A DNA stretch of 62,460 nucleotides, filler included, from an uncultured bacterium (lineage in GTDB: Bacteria > JAGOEH01), in the NCBI GenBank assembly GCA_964632485.1. It is 10 parts of 10 records of this genome, joined end to end, with 100 filler letters (N's around TTAATTAATTAA, not from the genome) between each part and the next. Parts side by side here need not be neighbours in the genome. Positions count along the whole stretch, not along the records: positions 41,556 to 46,841 come from CAZWDO010000051.1; positions 46,942 to 52,184 come from CAZWDO010000052.1; positions 52,285 to 57,466 come from CAZWDO010000053.1; 7 more parts are not named here. The stretch is one strand, 5' to 3'. Positions 43,326 through 54,275 of this stretch are shown one piece after another. Each line of letters opens with the position of its first letter. The stretch's first letter is position 1. A program made the position numbers and the translations under genes. Under the pieces are notes generated by a model. It did no database searches. It was not told where the DNA came from and saw nothing but the letters and a program-made list of their open reading frames with translations.

Positions 43326-46300
43326 CTATTTGATCAGAGTCATGCGTTTCACTGAAATAAACGATTTGGCGCGAAGTTGATAGAAATAGATGCCCGACGG
43401 GAGATTGGAGGCGTTCAGAAGAACTGAATGGCTGCCGGCGGGGTATTGCTTGTCGATCAGACGTCGAACTCGCTGGCCGGTGTCGTTGAACAGATCAAGG
43501 GTGACCGGTCCTGGATGTGATTGGCGCCATGAGATACAAGTCTGTTGATTAAAAGGATTGGGGTAGTTTTGGCTCAATATATTCCGGAAACCGGGTTTAT
43601 TTGTTTCGGAAAATCCGATTGCCGAAGTCGGGACGATCAGCCATTCAGCGGAAGCATTTTCCGTTCCGTCGCTGACTGTGACTGTCAGCCGGTTCGTCCC
43701 GTCGTCAAGGCTCGCGATGGGGACGGCGATGACGGTTCCCGTGTCGGCAAGGGTCATTCCATCCAACGACCAATGGTAATGAAGGCTATCGTGCTCCGAA
43801 TCCGATGCGAAAGCGATGAATTGTACCGTATCCTGAATATCAGCGTAAACAGTATCGGCGCAACTGGGTACTGTTCGGTAGATTTTGGGAGCATTGTTGC
43901 CGAAGTTGTAGCGGAACACCCCGCCCCCATATGTCGCTGCGAAAAGAATGCGTCCATCAGCGCTGATCGCCAGATCTTCAACCATGGTGACTTTTAGACC
44001 TTCACTCATCCTGTACCAGGTTCTACCCCCATTCGCCGATCGCATTACGCCCATGGTGTTGTCCCCGGCATAGATATTATTCGAATTGGTTGGATCGACG
44101 ACAATGTCTTTAATATCGGACCAAGGCCACCCAAAAAGATCGTAAACACGATTATATCCACCGAGCCGGGAATTTGGCGTCTGGTTTTTCTGAATCTGAA
44201 GCAAAAAATGTGGTTGTGGAGATTCAAGATCGAACGCATTTTGATATCCGCCAATTGGGCTGAGCCAGGCGGGACATTTGTTCGATAATCCTTGTGAACT
44301 TTTTATCCAAAGTTGTCCACCGTTAGTAGTTTTAAAAATCCCGCTGCCATCATAACTGCCTAAATAGATCACTCCAGGGTTATTGGGATCCATTTCCAAG
44401 GGGGCGACTCGCAACGAGCTTAGGCCATTGTTGCATGCCTCCCAGCTCAATCCTCCGTCAACTGTCCTGAACACGCCATTGTTTACGATCGAAATATAGA
44501 TTGTCCCGTTGTTTCTGGTGTCAATGGCAATGTCTGAATATTTACTGTTAGTGGCATACTCAGCCAGTTGGTCGACAGGCAGTGAAGCGGTGATGCTTTC
44601 CCAGCTAATTCCTCGATCAGGGGATTTGAAAATTGCTTTGAAATGGGTATTAGGAGGATTGATCGTGTTGCGCGAGACGCTGACATAGACACTGTTGATA
44701 TCATGAGGGTCCGGAGCGATGCAGGTAATTACATAGACAGTATTTGAATCATTGTGAACCATATCCGTCAGCCGTTGCCAGGTAGCGCCTTCATCGTCGC
44801 TGCGAAAAATTTCTTTTGTGAAATTTCCTGCCGCATAGACAATTCGGCGGTCTAATGGCGATGGAACAATCAAATCGTACGCCTCAAAGAAACGCCCTTG
44901 GTTTATGCCGATAAAATCGTCGCCTGCATTTAGACTTTTATTAGCGCCGCATTCCCCCATGGTATAAATAAAATAGGGATCCAATGGATCGACATATACA
45001 GAACTCAATCGTTCACCGGAGTAGCCCCTGCTTGCGCAAACCCAGGTAAGGCCTCCATCCTCGCTTTTAAAAACGCCCCCATTGTACGCATTCATAAATA
45101 CGATGTCCGGATTGAATGGATCAACGGCGCTGCCAATAGCGATACCGAAAAAGAAGCCTGGGCAATTGAATCCTAAATCGCACCAGCTTTGCCCGCGATC
45201 CGTTGATTTATGGACATTCCCGTTGTAATACGTGTAAAGAATGTTGGGATCGGAGGGCGCTACTGTTGTCACTCCTACATAACTGTTCAGTTCAACAAGC
45301 GGTTGCCAACTTTCCCCGCCATCGAGGCTTCGGAAAATTCCGCCCTTGTCATTGCCGCCGAAACCGACATCCCGGCCACAGCTAATATAAATCATATTAG
45401 TGTCAAGCGGATCGAACTCCATAAAATTCACGCACAAGCCCTCGGCAAGCGCCTCGAGTCCCTCGTTGATCGCTCTCCATGTTTCTCCGCCATCTTCGCT
45501 TTTATACATGCCGCCATGACCAAAACTATACCGATCGAAAATGCCGCTACCAGCATAGACGACTTGGGGATTCTGTGGATTGAATTCAATGGGACGGAAA
45601 AGATTTGGCGCTTCAAAGACTTTTCGCCATGCCTTTCCGCCATCTGTAGTTTTGTAAATCACGCCTAATGAGCGTATGCGATTGTCATCAGCTATCGTCT
45701 CCAATTCAGATGCCAGCAACACGATATCCGGGTTTTCTGGATGAATGGCAAAATCTCGGCAGGTAAACAAGACGGGGGCATCATCGCCAGCGAGTTCGGT
45801 AGCTGTGGATATGCCGTTGGACAACAAGCTCCAAGTTGCGCCTCCATTTTCCGATTTAAAGACGCCTTTTACTTGTTTTGTCCCCATCCATAATCGTTCC
45901 GGATTGTGTTTTACATCGATAGTCAGACAAAAAACCGGATACCCGCCTTCTCCACCAAAGGTTTGAATCGATTGATTCGATTCAAGCCAATTGTCTCCGC
46001 CATCGGTACTTTTGGCAACCCCTGCATACGCGTCGGTTACATAAACAATGTTGCTATTATTGGGGTGAATGCGGACGTCGTAGCCCAAGCCTCCATGAGG
46101 GCCACCTGTTTTTATCCAGTTATGTGGGCCTTTTGACCCGGTATAAACATTGATATCATCGATATTCACCCGGGCCGCCATTGCCGCTAAGGCAAATCCT
46201 CCAAAAGGGTAGTATTCGTCTGTGTCAGTAAATGTTAGGACGGAAACGCCATCAAGATATAGAACAATCGTTGAATCTTCTACCCGAATGTCAAATCGGT

Positions 46301-46757
46301 ATTGATGATTCAGAGTAATGGGACAAGGCTGGGTATGAATAATTTGTTGCCGACTGGAGCTTCCAATTAACTCAGATTTCCCCAAAAATAGGCTATCATC
46401 TTCAAAACGCAAGCTGTAGTACTGAAACTCAATGGCAGTTACCAGAAATGTACTGCGGAGGAGAATCTCGAACCGATTTTTATCCGAAAAGTTAATTGAC
46501 AATGTCAAAACAAAATTTTCTTGGCGGTTGATGATCGGTATTGCGCGGGAAACGTGGGCGCTATCATTGGAATTAAAATCAAGACAATATCCGCCTCCCT
46601 CTGCTGCGATTACCGACCACCCCTTGTCCAAAGTCCAATTCTCAGCTTCGCCGTCTTCGAAATCATCCAGAAAAATACTCAATGAGTCACTCGCCCATGC
46701 CTGATTCACTGAGAATAGTAGCATAAGGGACAATCCCCATCTTTTTAACGATTTCAT
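43326..46757 (-). CDS. BNR/Asp-box (VPS10-like) beta-propeller protein with T9SS type A sorting domain
   Basis: Many S.DGG.TW repeats; signal peptide; QNYPNPFN..SGIYFY. Confidence 0.9.
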   Translation of the reverse strand: MKSLKRWGLSLMLLFSVNQAWASDSLSIFLDDFEDGEAENWTLDKGWSVIAAEGGGYCLDFNSNDSAHVSRAIPIINRQENFVLTLSINFSDKNRFEILLRSTFLVTAIEFQYYSLRFEDDSLFLGKSELIGSSSRQQIIHTQPCPITLNHQYRFDIRVEDSTIVLYLDGVSVLTFTDTDEYYPFGGFALAAMAARVNIDDINVYTGSKGPHNWIKTGGPHGGLGYDVRIHPNNSNIVYVTDAYAGVAKSTDGGDNWLESNQSIQTFGGEGGYPVFCLTIDVKHNPERLWMGTKQVKGVFKSENGGATWSLLSNGISTATELAGDDAPVLFTCRDFAIHPENPDIVLLASELETIADDNRIRSLGVIYKTTDGGKAWRKVFEAPNLFRPIEFNPQNPQVVYAGSGIFDRYSFGHGGMYKSEDGGETWRAINEGLEALAEGLCVNFMEFDPLDTNMIYISCGRDVGFGGNDKGGIFRSLDGGESWQPLVELNSYVGVTTVAPSDPNILYTYYNGNVHKSTDRGQSWCDLGFNCPGFFFGIAIGSAVDPFNPDIVFMNAYNGGVFKSEDGGLTWVCASRGYSGERLSSVYVDPLDPYFIYTMGECGANKSLNAGDDFIGINQGRFFEAYDLIVPSPLDRRIVYAAGNFTKEIFRSDDEGATWQRLTDMVHNDSNTVYVITCIAPDPHDINSVYVSVSRNTINPPNTHFKAIFKSPDRGISWESITASLPVDQLAEYATNSKYSDIAIDTRNNGTIYISIVNNGVFRTVDGGLSWEACNNGLSSLRVAPLEMDPNNPGVIYLGSYDGSGIFKTTNGGQLWIKSSQGLSNKCPAWLSPIGGYQNAFDLESPQPHFLLQIQKNQTPNSRLGGYNRVYDLFGWPWSDIKDIVVDPTNSNNIYAGDNTMGVMRSANGGRTWYRMSEGLKVTMVEDLAISADGRILFAATYGGGVFRYNFGNNAPKIYRTVPSCADTVYADIQDTVQFIAFASDSEHDSLHYHWSLDGMTLADTGTVIAVPIASLDDGTNRLTVTVSDGTENASAEWLIVPTSAIGFSETNKPGFRNILSQNYPNPFNQQTCISWRQSHPGPVTLDLFNDTGQRVRRLIDKQYPAGSHSVLLNASNLPSGIYFYQLRAKSFISVKRMTLIK

Positions 46758-46941
46758 GGTTGTTGCTCCTTTTAAATGAATGAATGAATGAATGATAGGA
46801 AAATTGATAGATCATCTAAAACGTTTTTTGCCTTCATAAATNNNNNNNNNNNNNNNNNNNNNNNNNNNNNNNNNNNNNNNNNNNNTTAATTAATTAANNN
46901 NNNNNNNNNNNNNNNNNNNNNNNNNNNNNNNNNNNNNNNNN

Positions 46942-48495
46942 TCATTGTAAACTGTGTTTTTCCCAAATGAATTCCGCGATATTCCTCTCCTCGCTGCTGA
47001 ACAAAATTCCGATCAGATAGATTTCTTTCCCCTCAGATCGATATTTTTCGGCATACTTCTGCTCTTTAATTTGTCTGATCGGCGGTTCCGATGAATCGAC
47101 TTTGAACTCGAATATCATGATCGAGTTGGACGTTTTGAGCGTAATATCGATTCTGCCGCGGTTAGTGACCTCTTCGGCGATCAGCTCGAACCCGAGAGCG
47201 GCGAAAAAGGTGTACATCACGGACGCATAGTATCCCTCATAGCGGCTGATCGTGTTTTTAACATAGTTGTTGTAGGGAATCGACGCGAAAAATGAGGTTA
47301 ATGATTGGTTCAGAGCTTCAAATTCATGTTTGAGTATCTGGTTTTGTACCATCTGAATTCTGAGCTTGTTTTCATGTCTGGTATCAGTAAGAAAACTTTT
47401 AAACAGTGCATTCAAAGAAAGCTGAATTTCCAGGTTGGGGATGCGCATTTTATAGCTGAGCTCACCGGTGATTTGATTCTCTATTTTTTCTGCGAAAGTC
47501 AGATACCCGGTCTGCCAGAGCAGAGCGATCAGATCGATGTTCTCCACATCGATTGAATTAAGGGTCTCTTCTCCGACAATGCAATTTTCCAGGTTGGGGA
47601 TATAATAATCGCCTTCCTTGAGTTTATCGATCAGGAACTTGGGGCTGCCGGTCTCCCACCAGTAGTTTCGATATTGATTCTGATTGGAGATGAATAGTAA
47701 AATATCAAAAGGATTGTACAACGGCTCCCCAAAGTAATTGTAACCGTTGTACCATCGTTTCAGCATATCTACATTGACATCTTGTAAATGTTCCATGAAA
47801 TGAGCTTCTAAATCATTCTGCGTGTAGCCGGTAATCGCCGCGTAGTCCGAATTGATCGTAATATCCAACAGATTGTTCAACTGGCTGAACAGGTTGGTCT
47901 TGGAGAATTTGCTGACCCCGGTGATCAAGACGAATTTCAAATATGAATCCAGGTTTTTAATTATCCCGTAGAAATCCCGTAAGCTATCCCGAGCTTTGAG
48001 CGCCATTTCCGGGTCGGCGATATTATCTAAAATCGGTTTGTCGTACTCATCGATCAATATCGCGACCGGTTTTTGAAATTTGCTTGTCAACTCCTTGATC
48101 AGCTCATCGAAAAATAGAGGGTTAAAATCAGTATTTTCGCACTCAACTTCATATTGCCTCATGATTTCGGTCAACCGATAGCGGATATTTTTATCGATCC
48201 CAAATTCAGTTTGATAACCGCCACCGCTGAAATCGATTTTTATGACCGGATATGAGTCCTCCCAATCCCATTTATCCTCAATATAAAGGCCCTTGAACAG
48301 TGGCTTGTTCCCGTTGAAAATCTCGTGCAATGTATCGATAAACAGACTTTTTCCGAACCGTCGGGGACGGGAGAGGAAGTAATATTTACCCGTGGCGATG
48401 AGCTTATGCGCGAACCGGGTTTTATCAATATATACATAGTTTTCCTCAATGATTTCCCGTAGGTTTTGGATCCCGATCGGCAATTTTTTAAGCAT
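46942..48495 (-). CDS. AAA-ATPase-like + PD-(D/E)XK nuclease protein, copy 1
   Basis: FLSRPRRFGKSL, LIDEYDKP, EGYYAS and GRID...FEFK...QI..YA motifs. Confidence 0.92.
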   Translation of the reverse strand: MLKKLPIGIQNLREIIEENYVYIDKTRFAHKLIATGKYYFLSRPRRFGKSLFIDTLHEIFNGNKPLFKGLYIEDKWDWEDSYPVIKIDFSGGGYQTEFGIDKNIRYRLTEIMRQYEVECENTDFNPLFFDELIKELTSKFQKPVAILIDEYDKPILDNIADPEMALKARDSLRDFYGIIKNLDSYLKFVLITGVSKFSKTNLFSQLNNLLDITINSDYAAITGYTQNDLEAHFMEHLQDVNVDMLKRWYNGYNYFGEPLYNPFDILLFISNQNQYRNYWWETGSPKFLIDKLKEGDYYIPNLENCIVGEETLNSIDVENIDLIALLWQTGYLTFAEKIENQITGELSYKMRIPNLEIQLSLNALFKSFLTDTRHENKLRIQMVQNQILKHEFEALNQSLTSFFASIPYNNYVKNTISRYEGYYASVMYTFFAALGFELIAEEVTNRGRIDITLKTSNSIMIFEFKVDSSEPPIRQIKEQKYAEKYRSEGKEIYLIGILFSSEERNIAEFIWEKHSLQ

Positions 48496-48591
48496 CGGTT
48501 AATTCCTTGGTTATGGATCAGCGCGAATATATGTGTTACTCAATCAATCTCATTAAAATATAATCAGATAAATTCTGTTTGTCAATTGAAA
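46951..48591. repeat. 1641-bp direct repeat copy 1 (copy 2 at 50513-52153)
   Basis: Identical translations and identical DNA wherever compared; offset 3562. Confidence 0.95.
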
Positions 48592-48774
48592 TCTGTTTAC
48601 CAACTATTATAATCGAATTTCCCAAATTTGCAAGTCAATATTCAAGGAAATCGAGCTTTGTTTCCTATAACTTTTATCGACATGAAATTCTTTACCAAAT
48701 CTTAACTTGCTTTTATAGAGAGGTGGATTTATTTTAAATCATGTCTGAAAAAGCGGCGCGTCATATCCGCTACC

Positions 48775-50400
48775 ATGAAGAAAGGAAATGAAGTGTTTCA
48801 AAGCATTGGCAACACATTAGCCGGAATAGGACTGTTTTTGACCGGCATTCGCCTGATCACCAACAGTTTTAAAGGCATCACCAATCGCAGGCTGCGCCGG
48901 TTTTTTCTGAAATGGACGCAAAAGGGGCTGGTCAATGCCGCATGGGGAACGCTGATCGGGGCATTGACTCAAAGCAGCTCCAGCGCTACCTTCATCCTCG
49001 CGGGAATGCTTTCCGGCGGGTTGATTACCTTTATCAATGCCGCTATAACCCTGACCTGGGTGGAAATCGGCACGACTCTGCTGGTTTTTTTAGCATCCAT
49101 TAAAATGAAGCTGATCATTATCTACTTGCTGGCCGTGGCTGGTTTCTTTTTCAGTATGGATAAAAAGGGAAAAAATTCAACCCTGGTACACGCTCTTCTC
49201 GGGATCGGCCTGCTGCTTTTCGGCTTCGATCTGCTCAAAAGCGGCGCCATGCAGCTTACTGACACGCTGTGGATACGGCAATTAATCCAACGCGCGCAAT
49301 CTTCGTTTCTGCCTTTGTTTTTTTTAGGTGGCGCATTGCGCCTGACAAGCCAGTCATCTTCAGCCGTCACCATCCTGGTGATGCCATTGACGCTGGCGGG
49401 TATTTTCAACCTGGAGCAAAGTCTGTTGGTCGTTTTTGGCACCGCATTGGGTTCCGGAATATCAACTGCGCTTCTTTCCATGGATATCAGCGGCGCTCCA
49501 CGCAAACTCAGCATTTATAAAATGATCAGCGACCTGAGCGCGAGCGCGGCGCTAATGGGGCTCTTGATCATCGAAAAATTTAGCGGCCTGCCCCTGATCA
49601 AGGCGTTGATCCAGCGAGCCGCGACCCTCCCTGAACTGCAAATCTCCATTGCGTTTCTATTACTCAAGCTCGCGCCGATTGTCTTGCTGTTGCCCAATCT
49701 TGCGTGGATTGAAAAAATAATTGACCGCATAGCGCCCCGAATTGAACACGAAAGCCTTTCCCAACCGGAATATCTAAGCGAAACCGCGCTGGAAAATCCC
49801 GATACCGCCTTCTTCCTAATCGAAAAGGAACAAAACCGAATTATTGACCGGCTCCCCGAATACCCGGGAGAATTACGCGATGAGGCTCGTCTCGCCAATC
49901 CCGATATCATTACTGCCGAAACCTATCATTTAGCTGATCTCAAATTGCTGGAAGAAATTCGACATTACATATCCCAGCTTCACTATCAATCCCTTTCCTA
50001 CCAAGCCTCGGAGCAATTACTGATAATTCAAAACCGGAATTTATTCCTGTCATCGCTGGAGGCAACGGTCAATCAAATCGTTCAAACCTCATTGAATGAA
50101 TCAGTGTCGCCTTCATTGCTTCAATTGCGGGGAAATTTGATTGAATCTTTGCACATGCTCCTCGATTCCATGCGGGAAATATGCAGGAACAGAGACGCCG
50201 AGGAATTGGACATGTTATCGCGATTAACTGATAACCGCAATGGAATCATGGAAAATATTCGAAAAAAATATATATCGTTGGAGACGGAGATGGAAGCGGA
50301 ACACCGGATGTTTCTGCTGATTATGACTGATCTGTTCCAACGGGCGGTGTGGCTGATTCATGAAAACATTTATTTAATCAACATCGAAATCAATTCATAA
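48775..50400 (+). CDS. Na/Pi cotransporter family protein with PhoU-like C-terminus
   Basis: GIGLFLTG, two QSSS motifs, multiple TM helices. Confidence 0.9.
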   Translation: MKKGNEVFQSIGNTLAGIGLFLTGIRLITNSFKGITNRRLRRFFLKWTQKGLVNAAWGTLIGALTQSSSSATFILAGMLSGGLITFINAAITLTWVEIGTTLLVFLASIKMKLIIIYLLAVAGFFFSMDKKGKNSTLVHALLGIGLLLFGFDLLKSGAMQLTDTLWIRQLIQRAQSSFLPLFFLGGALRLTSQSSSAVTILVMPLTLAGIFNLEQSLLVVFGTALGSGISTALLSMDISGAPRKLSIYKMISDLSASAALMGLLIIEKFSGLPLIKALIQRAATLPELQISIAFLLLKLAPIVLLLPNLAWIEKIIDRIAPRIEHESLSQPEYLSETALENPDTAFFLIEKEQNRIIDRLPEYPGELRDEARLANPDIITAETYHLADLKLLEEIRHYISQLHYQSLSYQASEQLLIIQNRNLFLSSLEATVNQIVQTSLNESVSPSLLQLRGNLIESLHMLLDSMREICRNRDAEELDMLSRLTDNRNGIMENIRKKYISLETEMEAEHRMFLLIMTDLFQRAVWLIHENIYLINIEINS

Positions 50401-50476
50401 ACAATGCCGGAGTCGTCACTTATTGAACATCCGCAGATAGGCAACGATTTTCCGACGAAGGCGGTCTCGGCGCTTT

Positions 50477-52057
50477 TCAATTCCCGGACTTTTTAATCGC
50501 CAGCTTCAACTCACTGTGTTTTTCCCAAATGAATTCCGCGATATTCCTCTCCTCGCTGCTGAACAAAATTCCGATCAGATAGATTTCTTTCCCCTCAGAT
50601 CGATATTTTTCGGCATACTTCTGCTCTTTAATTTGTCTGATCGGCGGTTCCGATGAATCGACTTTGAACTCGAATATCATGATCGAGTTGGACGTTTTGA
50701 GCGTAATATCGATTCTGCCGCGGTTAGTGACCTCTTCGGCGATCAGCTCGAACCCGAGAGCGGCGAAAAAGGTGTACATCACGGACGCATAGTATCCCTC
50801 ATAGCGGCTGATCGTGTTTTTAACATAGTTGTTGTAGGGAATCGACGCGAAAAATGAGGTTAATGATTGGTTCAGAGCTTCAAATTCATGTTTGAGTATC
50901 TGGTTTTGTACCATCTGAATTCTGAGCTTGTTTTCATGTCTGGTATCAGTAAGAAAACTTTTAAACAGTGCATTCAAAGAAAGCTGAATTTCCAGGTTGG
51001 GGATGCGCATTTTATAGCTGAGCTCACCGGTGATTTGATTCTCTATTTTTTCTGCGAAAGTCAGATACCCGGTCTGCCAGAGCAGAGCGATCAGATCGAT
51101 GTTCTCCACATCGATTGAATTAAGGGTCTCTTCTCCGACAATGCAATTTTCCAGGTTGGGGATATAATAATCGCCTTCCTTGAGTTTATCGATCAGGAAC
51201 TTGGGGCTGCCGGTCTCCCACCAGTAGTTTCGATATTGATTCTGATTGGAGATGAATAGTAAAATATCAAAAGGATTGTACAACGGCTCCCCAAAGTAAT
51301 TGTAACCGTTGTACCATCGTTTCAGCATATCTACATTGACATCTTGTAAATGTTCCATGAAATGAGCTTCTAAATCATTCTGCGTGTAGCCGGTAATCGC
51401 CGCGTAGTCCGAATTGATCGTAATATCCAACAGATTGTTCAACTGGCTGAACAGGTTGGTCTTGGAGAATTTGCTGACCCCGGTGATCAAGACGAATTTC
51501 AAATATGAATCCAGGTTTTTAATTATCCCGTAGAAATCCCGTAAGCTATCCCGAGCTTTGAGCGCCATTTCCGGGTCGGCGATATTATCTAAAATCGGTT
51601 TGTCGTACTCATCGATCAATATCGCGACCGGTTTTTGAAATTTGCTTGTCAACTCCTTGATCAGCTCATCGAAAAATAGAGGGTTAAAATCAGTATTTTC
51701 GCACTCAACTTCATATTGCCTCATGATTTCGGTCAACCGATAGCGGATATTTTTATCGATCCCAAATTCAGTTTGATAACCGCCACCGCTGAAATCGATT
51801 TTTATGACCGGATATGAGTCCTCCCAATCCCATTTATCCTCAATATAAAGGCCCTTGAACAGTGGCTTGTTCCCGTTGAAAATCTCGTGCAATGTATCGA
51901 TAAACAGACTTTTTCCGAACCGTCGGGGACGGGAGAGGAAGTAATATTTACCCGTGGCGATGAGCTTATGCGCGAACCGGGTTTTATCAATATATACATA
52001 GTTTTCCTCAATGATTTCCCGTAGGTTTTGGATCCCGATCGGCAATTTTTTAAGCAT
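50477..52057 (-). CDS. AAA-ATPase-like + PD-(D/E)XK nuclease protein, copy 2
   Basis: Identical to copy 1 up to WEKHS, with a different tail. Confidence 0.92.
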   Translation of the reverse strand: MLKKLPIGIQNLREIIEENYVYIDKTRFAHKLIATGKYYFLSRPRRFGKSLFIDTLHEIFNGNKPLFKGLYIEDKWDWEDSYPVIKIDFSGGGYQTEFGIDKNIRYRLTEIMRQYEVECENTDFNPLFFDELIKELTSKFQKPVAILIDEYDKPILDNIADPEMALKARDSLRDFYGIIKNLDSYLKFVLITGVSKFSKTNLFSQLNNLLDITINSDYAAITGYTQNDLEAHFMEHLQDVNVDMLKRWYNGYNYFGEPLYNPFDILLFISNQNQYRNYWWETGSPKFLIDKLKEGDYYIPNLENCIVGEETLNSIDVENIDLIALLWQTGYLTFAEKIENQITGELSYKMRIPNLEIQLSLNALFKSFLTDTRHENKLRIQMVQNQILKHEFEALNQSLTSFFASIPYNNYVKNTISRYEGYYASVMYTFFAALGFELIAEEVTNRGRIDITLKTSNSIMIFEFKVDSSEPPIRQIKEQKYAEKYRSEGKEIYLIGILFSSEERNIAEFIWEKHSELKLAIKKSGN

Positions 52058-52153
52058 CGGTTAATTCCTTGGTTATGGATCAGCGCGAATATATGTGTTA
52101 CTCAATCAATCTCATTAAAATATAATCAGATAAATTCTGTTTGTCAATTGAAA
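50513..52153. repeat. 1641-bp direct repeat copy 2
   Basis: See copy 1. Confidence 0.95.
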
Positions 52154-52284
52154 AAGGAAAATTTCAGAAAAAACTACTATCTGCNNNNNNNNNNNNNNNN
52201 NNNNNNNNNNNNNNNNNNNNNNNNNNNNTTAATTAATTAANNNNNNNNNNNNNNNNNNNNNNNNNNNNNNNNNNNNNNNNNNNN

Positions 52285-52391
52285 TGGCTTAAATCAATCT
52301 GTTCGTATAGTTGCGGAAACAGCAACTGCAAAAATTCTGACATATTGGCATCAATCACCGATTTCCACAATTCATCAAACGGTATGCGCAT
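52285..52391 (-). CDS. N-terminus of an Rpn-like protein; 3' partial
   Basis: Manual translation MRIPFDELWKSVIDANMSEFLQLLFPQLYEQIDLS; GAGGAGG RBS; TTGATT-17-TATATT upstream. Confidence 0.7.
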
Positions 52392-52588
52392 ACTCGCCTC
52401 CTCGTTAATCAAAATATAATCCCAATATTTTAAAAATCAAGTCTTTTTTTTATCGCCTGACTGAAATAACCATCCAAATGGCGACTGCATCATCATTTAT
52501 CACATGAATTGATTAACGCCAAACTTCTCCCCCCTTCATTATTTTTCGCGCATCTATACGCAAAATACCCGTTTCGATATTAAATCAA

Positions 52589-52801
52589 TCATCTAATTTC
52601 AAAGTGTTGGGCAGATGTGAAAGTCAAGTGGAAATCCGTGTAGGTCACGCCTTCCCCGACAGTTTTGGTCGCGACCTCCAGCTCATTTTTTTGAAATTTC
52701 AGCGAATGTTCCAGTTACGCATGGCCCATGCCGTGAAACCCGAGCAGCAGCAGCCAGCCGAGCAGGACGGTTCTCAATCCTTTGCCGAGTGTATAAAACA
52801 T
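52589..52801 (-). pseudogene. Secreted protein remnant with a stop right after the signal peptide
   Basis: GAGGAG RBS; MFYTLGKGLRTVLLGWLLLLGFHGMGHA*LEHSLKF... Confidence 0.5.
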
Positions 52802-53013
52802 AATATTCTCCTCATAGCCGTTGGAGGACATGAAGGATGGCTGCGGCCGATGCGGCCCGCGCCGCTCGTCGCTTGACGCAGCATTGCACCGGCGCGCGTA
52901 TCGACAGGACAGTCAGCTTTCAGCCTTCGATCATCGGCATCCTTCCGTCTTACAGAGTTGTCTCGTTTCATGCGGCCAGATTGACCGGCTTGAGCATAGA
53001 ACGAGCTCTATTT

Positions 53014-54221
53014 CTATTTGATGATCATGATCTTCCCGCTGTGAGCATGATGCCGGTTCCATTTTACCTGATAGAGATATATTCCGGTTGAAATGGAATT
53101 TGATAACTTATTGCGGCCATCCCAACGCAATTCGAATTGGCCGGCATCGTTCACTGCCATGGATAACTCTTTTTGGCGCCTGCCGAGCAAATCATAGATC
53201 ACTATTTCCACCATGCCCGGTCGAGACGATGCGCATTGGAAACGGACATCCCCCAGGCAAATAAGTTATTTGTACTGGATGCCCAGCGAGCCAGCCACAA
53301 ATGTGATATCCAGATATCCCAGCCGTCGGGCGATGGTTCCAAATCAATACAGATAGGTATGTATTGAGTGGTGGATTGGACGTTTTGGCTGTTCAGTATA
53401 GTGGATTTTAATTTTCGCGGATGCCCCTTTCCTTCCCGAATTCTGCCAGATGTCTGCGACTCGTTTGCTATCCATGGATCAGGACCGATAAAAACCAATG
53501 TGTCTTCCCAATGATAGCCCGCGGCGATCAAATCATCAACAGTCAGCCAAATGGTGCTGTCTTTCGCTATTAATAGATCAGGCAACACATAACTATCTTC
53601 TAATGCATATTTATTTCCATTCAATATTAATGTATAATACGCACTGTCGAGCGCGATCCGGAGGGCAATCTTTTCGCGATCGCTATCCCGGATATGGACG
53701 AGACATTCAAAGGCATTATCGCTCAGATATGTTCCCTGGCCGATTGTATCGGGAATCATGGAGATATGCGTGTACCAGCCATTATCATTTCCGGCCGAAG
53801 CGCAAATTACGCGCCCCTGTCGGGCCTCAAGCAGATAGCGGAGGGCCCGTTCCTCGGGATTACTTCCCGAGCCGACGGGACCGGTAATCCCCAGCGGCAG
53901 ATTGACGACGCAGGGTTTGCCGAGACTGTCGGCGAGCGTAAACATATAATTCACAGCAATGAATGGCGTGCCTAGCCGTATCGATTTTACTCCGGGATGG
54001 CGAGAAAGCGCTTCCAGTCGATTGGCAGGTTTTATCTGAATCGTGATCAGTTCATGAAGCCGCGTATTGATCGCGCCTCCCAGCGAATAAACATAGTTTA
54101 TTACCTGTTCGATCCTGTCCGTTTCACATTCCACCAGCGCTTTTATTGTAGTGAACGAGTCCGTGGGCGGCACGGACATTCGTTTCTCCGATTTCATCAT
54201 TTGCGATTGTTGTTCAATCAT
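53014..54221 (-). pseudogene. S8 subtilase remnant with internal deletions and an out-of-frame T9SS sorting domain
   Basis: Propeptide-like region joined directly to VNY..PCVVNL.LG..SAGND; no catalytic D/H/GTSM regions; IYDLLGR..WDG..GIYLY lies in another frame. Confidence 0.7.
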
Positions 54222-54275
54222 TGACGCCTGACGTTGCTCCAGTGATATGCCCTGCTTTTTACAGTTTTAAAAAAA

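Noticed and set aside
46775-46795. (AATG)5 upstream of the BNR gene
   Set aside because: Too short, with no evidence of a function.
18556-52801. Stop-codon recoding suggested by in-frame TAA (IS630, DUF4338, 52715) and TGA (19267)
   Set aside because: All occur in fragments that are otherwise degraded, and intact genes end normally with TAA, TAG and TGA.
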